Below, one piece after another: positions 1-7,940 of a stretch of 64,000 nt of DNA. Below the pieces are notes generated by a model, which saw nothing but the letters and a program-made list of their open reading frames with translations, did not search any database and was not told the DNA's origin. Where the stretch lies: contig CAYJMD010000001.1 of NCBI GenBank assembly GCA_964371585.1, positions 97,709 to 161,708 of the forward strand. The letters are read 5' to 3'. The position numbers and the translations under genes are program-made. Position 1 is the stretch's first letter; the number at the start of each line of letters is the position of its first letter. This stretch comes from an uncultured Clostridiaceae bacterium (GTDB lineage: Bacteria; Bacillota; Clostridia; TANB77; CAG-465).

Positions 1-402
1 GCGAATATTGAGAGAAATTACTTGGGAATTTCTCACGAATTAAATGTCGAAGCCGCTACGCTTGATGATAGTACACATGGATACTATGATGATTCTAGAC
101 ACTTGATTGTGCTGAATATAACTCATCTTGAAAACGATTCATCTTATGAAGTTTTGGATACATTGTGTCATGAAGCTTATCATGCGTACCAACATAGACA
201 ACTCGATGCGTTTAATCAGTTGGATGATGATAGCCGAAATTTGCTGATGTTTTACGATGTGCAAAAATACAAGGAAGAATTTGAAGGTGGATATATCGAT
301 GGAGATGAGGATTTTTCAGCTTATTATTTACAAATATCAGAATGGGAAGCAAGAGAGTATGCGGAAGAAGCTGTAAATGATTATACAGAAAGTACATATT
401 AG
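1..402 (+). CDS. hypothetical protein, 5'-partial, with an HExxH-like motif
   Basis: Frame 1 is open from base 1 (ANIERNYLGISHELNV...), so the ORF-track TTG at 22 is probably internal. Contains CHEAYHAYQH. No family recognised. Looks GC-richer than the backbone by eye. Confidence 0.4.
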   Translation, partial: ANIERNYLGISHELNVEAATLDDSTHGYYDDSRHLIVLNITHLENDSSYEVLDTLCHEAYHAYQHRQLDAFNQLDDDSRNLLMFYDVQKYKEEFEGGYIDGDEDFSAYYLQISEWEAREYAEEAVNDYTESTY

Positions 403-453
403 CAATCTCCAATTTTTTTATTTGTGACTAGAAATCGTGACTACAAATAAAAA

Positions 454-483
454 AACACATTGACACCATAGTGTTAATGTGTT
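454..483. promoter_or_regulatory. operator-like imperfect palindrome overlapping the promoter
   Basis: AACACATTGACAC (454-466), CATA, GTGTTAATGTGTT (471-483). 12 of 13 positions are complementary. It covers the -35 box and the spacer. Confidence 0.45.
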
Positions 484-488
484 AGAAT
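460..488 (+). promoter_or_regulatory. sigma-A type promoter of the Erm-like gene
   Basis: TTGACA (460-465), a 17-nt spacer, then TAGAAT (483-488). It lies about 35 nt upstream of ATG 524. Confidence 0.6.
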
Positions 489-523
489 AAAATGGGTAAT
501 TGTTTTTGAATAAGGAGGTTCTA

Positions 524-1408
524 ATGAGGAAAATTTCAGATTCGCAGAATTTTTTACATAACAAAAAGTTAGTTCGCGAACTAATCTCAAAGAGCAATAT
601 AAGTGGCGATGATTTTGTGATTGAAGTTGGCCCTGGAAAGGGAATTATCACAGAATCATTAGAAAATACTTGTAAAAATGTATTGGCAATAGAGTATGAT
701 GATTCTTTATATTTACAGTTAGTTGAAAAATTCAAAGATAAAACTAATGTGAAGTTGTTGAACTTGGATATTATGCAGTTTGATTTGCCAAGTGAAAGTT
801 ATAAGTTTTTTTCAAATATCCCCTTCAATCTTACATCAGATATATTAGGTAAGTTTTTACTTTCTGAAAACCCACCAAATGATATGTATGTTGTAATGCA
901 ACATGAAGCAGCATTAAAGTATTGTGGCGATCCGTATTGCAATGATTGCTATAAATCTCTTTTGATAAAGCCTGTTTTTGAAAGTAAGATAGTACATCGT
1001 TTTCTCAATACGGATTTCTCCCCTGTTCCCAATATTGAGATAGTGTTGGTTCATTTTCATAAAAGGGAATATAACGAAATAAAAAAAGCACAGACATTAG
1101 ACTATTGGGATTTTTTATCATATTTGTATATGCTTCCAGTTGGCGGGTTCAAAGAAAAAACAAAAAAATTTTTTTCTTACGAGCAGCAAAAAAGGTTGAA
1201 AAAAAGTTTGAAAATATCTGAAGATAGCAATATTTCTGAATGGACATTTTTTCAGTGGATGGGATTGTTTAATTGTTACAGAGATATGGTGAGTTCTGAT
1301 AAAAAACTGATTGTACATGGTTCTTACCAGAAAATGATGATAAAACAATCAAAGTTAGATAAGATACATCGAAATCGAAAGAGTGGGAAAAATAATGGCA
1401 TCGGTTAG
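524..1408 (+). CDS. Erm-family 23S rRNA (adenine-N6)-methyltransferase-like protein
   Basis: AAGGAGG (512-518) precedes ATG 524. KISDSQNFLHNKKLV, VIEVGPGKGIITESL (SAM-binding GxGxG) and FSNIPFNLTSDIL resemble ErmB/ErmC motifs (SQNF, NIPYNIST) rather than KsgA (GQNFL). 294 aa. Confidence 0.65.
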   Translation: MRKISDSQNFLHNKKLVRELISKSNISGDDFVIEVGPGKGIITESLENTCKNVLAIEYDDSLYLQLVEKFKDKTNVKLLNLDIMQFDLPSESYKFFSNIPFNLTSDILGKFLLSENPPNDMYVVMQHEAALKYCGDPYCNDCYKSLLIKPVFESKIVHRFLNTDFSPVPNIEIVLVHFHKREYNEIKKAQTLDYWDFLSYLYMLPVGGFKEKTKKFFSYEQQKRLKKSLKISEDSNISEWTFFQWMGLFNCYRDMVSSDKKLIVHGSYQKMMIKQSKLDKIHRNRKSGKNNGIG

Positions 1409-2456
1409 ATTGAGGAATATCTCGAAAACGTACGATGGCATAACGAATATATTAAATGATATTAACCTAGAAATTGCCGATGGTGATTTTGTTGTGTTAT
1501 TGGGCGATTCTGGGTGTGGTAAGACAACCACTCTCAATATGATAGCAGGCTTAGATTCTCCGAATAGTGGCGATATATACATAGATGATAAATGTGTAAC
1601 AAAAGTTGAACCTTACTTGAGGGACGTGGCCATGGTTTTTCAAAACTATGCTTTATATCCACATTTATCAGTTTGTAAAAATTTGTCGTTTGCACTGCAA
1701 ATTCAAAAAAAACCGAAAAGTTTTATTGATGAAAGAGTTGACTATATTGCAAACTTGTTAAATATTCAGGAATTACTCGACAGGAAGCCTCATCAATTGT
1801 CTGGTGGTCAAATGCAACGCGTAGCTATAGGGAAAGCGTTGGTTAGGAATCCATCTGTGTTTTTATTCGATGAACCATTTTCGAATTTAGATTCTTCATT
1901 GAGAAGTAGGCTCAGAAGTGAATTAAAAAAAATACATAATACTATTGGTGGTACCTTTATATTTGTAACACACGACAAACTAGAAGCTTTGGAACTGGCA
2001 ACAAAAATTGTGATATTGTGTGAGAATGAAATAATTCAAGTCGGTACACCCATGGATGTTTATTTTAACCCAAACAATTTATATGTTGCGCTTTTCTTCG
2101 GAAGTGATAGAGCAAATGTTATTGAAGATACAGAGATTCATACACTTATAGATATTACTTTACAACAACCATTTGTTTGCTATGTGAGACCAGAGGCTTT
2201 CCGTATTAGCACAGTTAATACGGCGGGAGCTGTTAATAGTGAAATTATAGAAATATTATTGCAGGGAGATACTGTTTTGATAACGTGCAAACTTTCTGAA
2301 AAGATAATAGTGGTTGTAAAAGCTATGGCTTCGCAAGAAATTTTAGGATTAAAACGTTGCTATATTACTCTTGATGCTGATAAAGTGTTGTATTTTGAGA
2401 AAGACAGTAAGAAGCGAATTTATATTACAAAAAAAGGAGATTTTTATGAGAAATAA
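1395..2456 (+). CDS. ABC transporter ATP-binding protein, MalK/MsmX/UgpC-like
   Basis: Walker A variant GDSGCGKTT, Q-loop MVFQNYALYPH, signature LSGGQMQRVAIGKAL, Walker B VFLFDEPFSNLD, H-loop VTHD, and a C-terminal regulatory extension. ATG 1395 overlaps the upstream stop (1406-1408) by 14 nt. GTG 1383 is an alternative start. Confidence 0.85.
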   Translation: MASVRLRNISKTYDGITNILNDINLEIADGDFVVLLGDSGCGKTTTLNMIAGLDSPNSGDIYIDDKCVTKVEPYLRDVAMVFQNYALYPHLSVCKNLSFALQIQKKPKSFIDERVDYIANLLNIQELLDRKPHQLSGGQMQRVAIGKALVRNPSVFLFDEPFSNLDSSLRSRLRSELKKIHNTIGGTFIFVTHDKLEALELATKIVILCENEIIQVGTPMDVYFNPNNLYVALFFGSDRANVIEDTEIHTLIDITLQQPFVCYVRPEAFRISTVNTAGAVNSEIIEILLQGDTVLITCKLSEKIIVVVKAMASQEILGLKRCYITLDADKVLYFEKDSKKRIYITKKGDFYEK

Positions 2457-2511
2457 ATTTTTAGCGTTAATCACAATCATTGTTGTTTTGTTTACTGGAT
2501 GTGCTGAATGA
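2446..2511 (+). pseudogene. remnant of a lipoprotein gene, probably a solute-binding protein; only the signal peptide is left
   Basis: AGGAGA (2435-2440) plus ATG 2446. MRNKFLALITIIVVLFTGCAE is followed by TGA 2509-2511. The lipobox LFTG|C is complete but there is no mature domain. Confidence 0.6.
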
Positions 2512-3268
2512 TTTGTATGCAAAAGATATATCTAGAAAAGTTAAGAAGGTAATTGAACTAAAGAAATCTAACGGTAAGTTTGTAGGAAGTTTTGCTCCTT
2601 ATGGATACAAAGTGTTGGATGATGGAAGTTTTATAATCGATAAAGATACTTCAAACATTGTAGAAAAAATATTTTTTATGACTTTAAAAGGTATTAATAA
2701 AAAAGAAATTTGTAATGAATTGAATCAAAATAATGTTAAAACTCCTTCGGATAATTTGAGAAATAATGAAATTCCAAGTAAATGGAATAATCAAATTATA
2801 GATAGAATATTAAAGAATCCAACTTATATCGGAAGACTAACTCAAAATACAAGAAAGAAGATAAGTTATAAAGATAAAACAATAGTAAAAATACCATTAG
2901 AAGAATGGTTAATAAATGATGAACATCATGATGCGATAATTTCAGAAACTATATTTCATAAAGTGCAAGATATTTTAAAAATAAACAATTCTGGAAGCAG
3001 TGACTATTTGGTTGGTTTTTTGAAGTGTGGTGATTGTGGTAATACAATGACTGTTAAAACCGCAAAAAACAAAACATATTATAACTGTTCATCTTATATA
3101 AGAAAAAATGAATGCTTTTCACATTCTATAAATAAAGATTTGGTTTTGAAAAAGATAGCACTAGAATTAAAATGTACAATAGAAGAAATTAATTTAGAAT
3201 TTCTAATTGATAAAATAAAGAATATTTCTATATATACCAAAGATAATATAAAAATAGATTTAAAATAA
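2480..3268 (+). pseudogene. 5'-truncated large serine recombinase; recombinase and zinc-ribbon domains only
   Basis: LNDLYAKDISRKVKKVIELKKSNGKFVGSFAPYGYK and GFLKCGDCGNTMTVK...YYNCSSY match the post-catalytic domains of large serine recombinases. The roughly 130-aa resolvase catalytic domain is absent. The TTG at 2480 is an artefactual start. Confidence 0.7.
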
Positions 3269-3333
3269 TTGGTAAAATATCATATTTAGGATTGATATGG
3301 TATAATAAATGTAAATAAATGGAGGTGAAATAT

Positions 3334-3870
3334 ATGATTTATATTGTAAGACATGGTCAGACAGATTGGAATGTTGAAAATAAATTTCAAGGCCAATCAA
3401 ATATTGATATAAATGATAAGGGAATTAATCAAGCAAAAGAAACAAAAGAAAAACTAAAAGATATTAAATTTGATAAAATATATTCTAGTCCATTAAATAG
3501 AGCAAAAACGACTGCTGAAATAATTAATAGTGGCGAAATAATTTTAGACGATAGATTAAAAGAAAGATATAATGGAACTTTAGAAGGTAAAGATAAAAGT
3601 ATATATAAAGGTAAATTTAATTTTTATTTACTTGAAGAAAATGAATATGGTATTGAACCATTTTCTGTATATAAAAATAGAATATATAATTTTTTTGATG
3701 AAATTTTGGCTAATTATAATGATGAGAATATACTAATAGTTACTCATTCTGTAGTTAGTGTAATTATAAGATGTTATTTTGAAGGAGAACCTGAAAATAA
3801 TAATTATGACAGTTATAAATTAGGAAATGCTGAAGTAATAAAATATGAATATAAAAAAGGAGGTAAATAA
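3334..3870 (+). CDS. histidine phosphatase family protein (phosphoglycerate mutase-like)
   Basis: RHG motif IYIVRHGQTDWN, second His in VTHSVV. GGAGGTG RBS precedes ATG 3334; the ORF-track start 3319 lies inside the RBS. Confidence 0.8.
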   Translation: MIYIVRHGQTDWNVENKFQGQSNIDINDKGINQAKETKEKLKDIKFDKIYSSPLNRAKTTAEIINSGEIILDDRLKERYNGTLEGKDKSIYKGKFNFYLLEENEYGIEPFSVYKNRIYNFFDEILANYNDENILIVTHSVVSVIIRCYFEGEPENNNYDSYKLGNAEVIKYEYKKGGK

Positions 3871-3872
3871 CT

Positions 3873-4805
3873 ATGGATATGTATCAAAAAAGAAAACAAA
3901 GAAAAGAAAAAAGAGAACAAAATATTGAGGAAAACAAAAGTTGTGCATCGACTAATATAAACTGGTATCCAGGACACATGGTTAAAGCTGCAAATGATAT
4001 TAAAGCAAGTCTAAAACTTATTGATATCGTTGTAGAAATTTTAGATAGTAGGATTCCTTTATCTTCAAGAAATCATATAATAGATGATTTTAGTGAAGGG
4101 AAAGCAAAAATAATTGTACTAAATAAAGTAGATATTTCAGATATGACTGAAACTAATAAATGGAAAAAATATTTTGAAGAACAAGGAAGTACGGTTGTTT
4201 TATGCAATGCAAATAATAATGATCATATTAAAAAATTACTTGATGCAATTAGAAAAGTTGGAGCTTCTTTAAATAAGTATCAAAATAAATCTGTAGCGAT
4301 TAAACCTATATATAGAGTTTTAATTGCTGGTATTCCAAATGTAGGTAAGTCTACAATCATTAATAAAATATCTAATAAAAATTCATTAAAGGTTGGTAAT
4401 AAGCCAGGTGTTACGGTAAGAAAACAATGGATGCGTTTAGGTGATGATATTGAACTACTAGATACTCCAGGACTTTTATGGCCAAGACTTGAAGATGATT
4501 CAGGTGTAAAACTTGCCCTTACTGGTAATATTAAACAAGAAATATTAGATATTGAAAATCTTGCTAATGAAGGTATTAAAATACTTATGAAAAACACTAA
4601 ATACTTAGATTTGATAAAAGAGAAGTACAAACTATCTGATGAAGATATGACTTTAGAGTCTTATGAAATATTAGAAGTTCTTGGAACTAAAAGAGGATGT
4701 TTAGTTAAAGGTGGAGAAGTTGATTTTGAAAAAGTTAGTAAAATATTTTTAGATGAACTTAAAAATGGTAAAATAGGAAACATTAGTTTAGATATAGTTG
4801 AATAA
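3873..4805 (+). CDS. rbgA: ribosome biogenesis GTPase A (YlqF/RbgA)
   Basis: NWYPGHMVKA. Circularly permuted GTPase motif order: LNKVD (G4), GIPNVGKST (G1), DTPG (G3). Confidence 0.9.
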   Translation: MDMYQKRKQRKEKREQNIEENKSCASTNINWYPGHMVKAANDIKASLKLIDIVVEILDSRIPLSSRNHIIDDFSEGKAKIIVLNKVDISDMTETNKWKKYFEEQGSTVVLCNANNNDHIKKLLDAIRKVGASLNKYQNKSVAIKPIYRVLIAGIPNVGKSTIINKISNKNSLKVGNKPGVTVRKQWMRLGDDIELLDTPGLLWPRLEDDSGVKLALTGNIKQEILDIENLANEGIKILMKNTKYLDLIKEKYKLSDEDMTLESYEILEVLGTKRGCLVKGGEVDFEKVSKIFLDELKNGKIGNISLDIVE

Positions 4806-4931
4806 TAATTAAACAGTAGTTAATAGACATTAATTACTGTTTTTTCTATTTATGTTTGTAGGAATTTGTTTAAATAATTCTAAAAATGCCACACTTATTT
4901 ATATCTTCTATTTATATAGTAAAATAATAAT

Positions 4932-5732
4932 ATGAATGAACTTGAATTCCTATGGATTGATAAATATATAAATATTAATAAACAGTCATATAACAATTTA
5001 ATAAAAGTTTTTAAAAATATAAATAATATATACACTATTAGTAGAGATAGAATTAAATTTTTAAATATTATAAAAAAACATAGAATACGAATTGATAGTA
5101 AATATATAAATAGACTCATAAGTGAAGAAATTAAATATAATGCTAAGATTAAATACAATTATTTAAAAACTAGAAATGTAACTATGATAACTATAAATGA
5201 TAAATATTTGGGTAAGTTACTATACAATTCTTTTATTATGTTTGCATTTGGTGACACTAGTATTTTAAGAAATAAAATTATATATATGTACAATAGTAAT
5301 AATATTAGTAAAGAGGCCAAAACACTTTTAAATAATTTTTCTTTTGAGTTAAGTAAAAATAATATTAGTGTTATGTCCGACTTGTTAAATGATAATACTA
5401 ATGTTTTATTTACTAATAATCTTAAGTTTTATAAAAGAGAAAATCTTGTATGTATTTCTTTTAATATTGATAATTCTAGAAATATTAATTATACTTCGAT
5501 AATTAACATACCATGTGCTATTTTTTATCCTAATATTAATTATGATCTTAAAGCTACTATATTAGTAGATTTATTCTTAGAATATGATAAATATATTTTA
5601 ACTACTCCAGGTAGTATTTATGATAAAGATTCATATTTTTCTAACTTTATTATTAAATGTGGAGCTATATGTATCACTTCTAAGACAGATTTTATTAAAA
5701 GTATATTATTAATAAATAATTATTATATATAG
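4932..5732 (+). CDS. DprA/Smf-like protein with degenerate core motifs
   Basis: By-eye alignment to DprA: NVTMITINDKYLGKLL, IMFAFGDTSIL and TTPGSIYDKDSYFSNFIIKCGAICITS correspond to GITVIT..YP.LL, VLFAKGD..LL and AVPGSI.S..S.G.N.LI..GA.LV.S. The GxR..YG and SGxAxGID motifs are replaced. Its position after rbgA fits Firmicute synteny. Confidence 0.4.
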   Translation: MNELEFLWIDKYININKQSYNNLIKVFKNINNIYTISRDRIKFLNIIKKHRIRIDSKYINRLISEEIKYNAKIKYNYLKTRNVTMITINDKYLGKLLYNSFIMFAFGDTSILRNKIIYMYNSNNISKEAKTLLNNFSFELSKNNISVMSDLLNDNTNVLFTNNLKFYKRENLVCISFNIDNSRNINYTSIINIPCAIFYPNINYDLKATILVDLFLEYDKYILTTPGSIYDKDSYFSNFIIKCGAICITSKTDFIKSILLINNYYI

Positions 5733-5830
5733 TATAAAGTTTTAAAATGTTTTTTATTTTTGTAACATTTTATTCATAATATTAAAACAACCTTAGTATA
5801 GTATATTAAAGTTATATATGGAGGGTAAAG

Positions 5831-7312
5831 ATGAATAGAAACGATATATACAAAGATATAAGTTTAAGAACGGGTGGGGATATATACTTAGGAGTAGTAG
5901 GGCCAGTTAGAACAGGCAAATCTACATTTATTAAAAATTTTATGGAGATGTTTGTTATACCAAATATTGAAAATGAATATAAGAAGGATAGAGCAAAAGA
6001 TGAACTTCCGCAAAGTGCAGCAGGTAAAACTATTATGACAACAGAGCCTAAATTTATTCCAAATGAATCTGTAGAAGTCTCTTTAGAAAATAATGTTAAG
6101 CTTAAAACTAGACTAGTAGATTGTGTAGGATATCTTGTAAAAGATAGCATAGGATATTTAGAAAATGATATGCCAAGAATGGTTAAAACACCTTGGTCTA
6201 GTGAAGAAATGGAATTTGCACAAGCTGCAGAAATTGGTACAAAAAAAGTAATTGAAGAACATTCTACAATTGGCTTAGTTGTTACTACAGATGGTAGTAT
6301 TACGGATATAGATAGAGATTCATATGTAGAAGCAGAAGAAAGAGTAATAGATGAACTTAAACAGTTAAATAAACCTTTTGTTATACTACTTAACTCTACT
6401 GATCCAAGTAGTGAAAATACAAGATCGCTAAAATTAGAATTAGAAGAGAAATATAATGCTCCTGTTATGGCAACTGATGTTTCACAGCTTAAAGAAGAAG
6501 ATGTAGAGGAAGTTTTTGAAAAAGTTTTAGGTGAATTTCCTATAACAGAAATAGGTATTAATCTTCCTAAATGGTTTAATATCTTAGAATTTAATCACTG
6601 GCTTAAACAAGATATGTCTAAGATAGTTAAAGAATCTTTTGGAAATGATTATTCATTAAGAGAAGTAAGAAATATAGTATCTTCTATGAGAGACAGTCAT
6701 GATATAATATCAAATATAAATATTGATGATACTAAAATGCAAGATGGAACAATACACTTAACTATCGAGATAGATAATAGCATATTCTATAAGATACTTG
6801 CAGAAATATCAAATGCTGATATATCAACTGAAGCTGATATATTTAAAATAATGAAAGAATATAAAACGACTAAGGCAGAGTATGATAAAATTAAAATGGC
6901 TTTAGAAGAAGTTAGAATAAAAGGTTATGGTATAGTAACTCCTCAAATTGATGAACTATCACTTGAAGAACCAGAAATTGTTAAACAAGGTTCTAAGTTT
7001 GGAGTTAAACTAAAAGCGTCAGCTCCAAGTATACATATGGTAAGATGTGATGTTGAGACTGAAGTAAGTCCAATAGTAGGAAGTGAAAAGCAATCAGAAG
7101 ATTTAGTTAAATACTTATTATCTGAGTTTGAAAATGATCCTAAAAAAATATGGGAATCAAATATTTTTGGTAAGTCATTGCATGAACTTGTAAATGAAGG
7201 TCTGCAAAATAAACTATATAGAATGCCAGATGAAGCTCAAATGAAATTACAAGAAACTCTGCAACGAATAATCAATGAAGGTAGCTCCGGTCTTATTTGT
7301 ATAATACTTTAA
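5831..7312 (+). CDS. spoIVA: stage IV sporulation protein A (spore coat morphogenetic ATPase)
   Basis: MNRNDIYKDISLRTGGDIYLGVVGPVRTGKSTFIK (Walker A), ELPQSAAGKTIMTTEPKFIP, 493 aa full length. GGAGGG RBS. Confidence 0.95.
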   Translation: MNRNDIYKDISLRTGGDIYLGVVGPVRTGKSTFIKNFMEMFVIPNIENEYKKDRAKDELPQSAAGKTIMTTEPKFIPNESVEVSLENNVKLKTRLVDCVGYLVKDSIGYLENDMPRMVKTPWSSEEMEFAQAAEIGTKKVIEEHSTIGLVVTTDGSITDIDRDSYVEAEERVIDELKQLNKPFVILLNSTDPSSENTRSLKLELEEKYNAPVMATDVSQLKEEDVEEVFEKVLGEFPITEIGINLPKWFNILEFNHWLKQDMSKIVKESFGNDYSLREVRNIVSSMRDSHDIISNINIDDTKMQDGTIHLTIEIDNSIFYKILAEISNADISTEADIFKIMKEYKTTKAEYDKIKMALEEVRIKGYGIVTPQIDELSLEEPEIVKQGSKFGVKLKASAPSIHMVRCDVETEVSPIVGSEKQSEDLVKYLLSEFENDPKKIWESNIFGKSLHELVNEGLQNKLYRMPDEAQMKLQETLQRIINEGSSGLICIIL

Positions 7313-7455
7313 AGTAAATAAATAGTACAAATCCAATATACTATAATAAAATACTCATCTTTAATAAATATTGATAATTTAATCTATATATGATATAATA
7401 AGTGATATGTAAGTATAAAAATAGAATAATTATAATTAATTAAGGAGAGAATAAT

Positions 7456-7698
7456 ATGGCTAATGAGATTAAATGTGTGAAATGTGGATCAAAAGAGATA
7501 TCAATTGAAAAACAACGCAAGAATGTACAAAGACATATGGTATACAGTTGGAATGGATTAGGAGGTTCTAAAGGTCAAGAATATAGAATAAAATCTTATG
7601 ATACTATTTTATTATGTGAATGCCAAAATTGTTCTGAAAAATTTGAAAAACAAGGCGATTCATATAAAGATACTTTAGGACGTGGTGAATGGAATTAA
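7456..7698 (+). CDS. small zinc-ribbon protein, hypothetical
   Basis: CxxC pairs (CVKCGS ... CECQNCS). AAGGAGAG RBS. Followed by a terminator. Confidence 0.55.
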   Translation: MANEIKCVKCGSKEISIEKQRKNVQRHMVYSWNGLGGSKGQEYRIKSYDTILLCECQNCSEKFEKQGDSYKDTLGRGEWN

Positions 7699-7709
7699 AT
7701 AAATTTAAA

Positions 7710-7738
7710 GGAAGTAGATAATATCTATTTCCTTTTTT
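7710..7738 (+). terminator. intrinsic terminator
   Basis: GGAAGTAGAT (7710-7719) pairs with ATCTATTTCC (7723-7732), including one G-U pair. Followed by TTTTTT. Confidence 0.7.
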
Positions 7739-7881
7739 ATCTGTAGATAATTAAAAATTTATATGTGTTATTTTATAAATCATTATAATAGTAAAAACAC
7801 TAATAATATAGTTAGTGTTTTTTGTTGTATTAGATAGTCTTATTTTATGTTAATAAATAAATATAATTATTAAAAAAAATA

Positions 7882-7910
7882 TTGTATAAAAAATAAATTC
7901 ATGATATACT
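7882..7910 (+). promoter_or_regulatory. sigma-A type promoter of the pilin-like/LamG gene triplet
   Basis: TTGTAT (7882-7887), a 17-nt spacer ending in TGA, then TATACT (7905-7910). 30 nt upstream of ATG 7941. Confidence 0.45.
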
Positions 7911-7940
7911 AAAAGTGTATATTGAGAAGAGGTAATATAT

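Noticed and set aside
5733-5830. Sigma-E promoter expected upstream of spoIVA; CATAATAT at about 5775 was considered as a -10 element.
   Set aside because: It matches only 6 of 8 positions of the -10 consensus and no convincing -35 element lies at the right spacing. Too weak to annotate.
7741-7824. A second terminator-like hairpin (AAACACTAA pairs with TTAGTGTTT, 7795-7820, plus a T-run) lies only about 60 nt after the first terminator. This raised the idea of a tiny sRNA between them.
   Set aside because: No credible promoter is placed to give a transcript longer than the hairpin itself. Tandem or back-up terminators are the more likely explanation.
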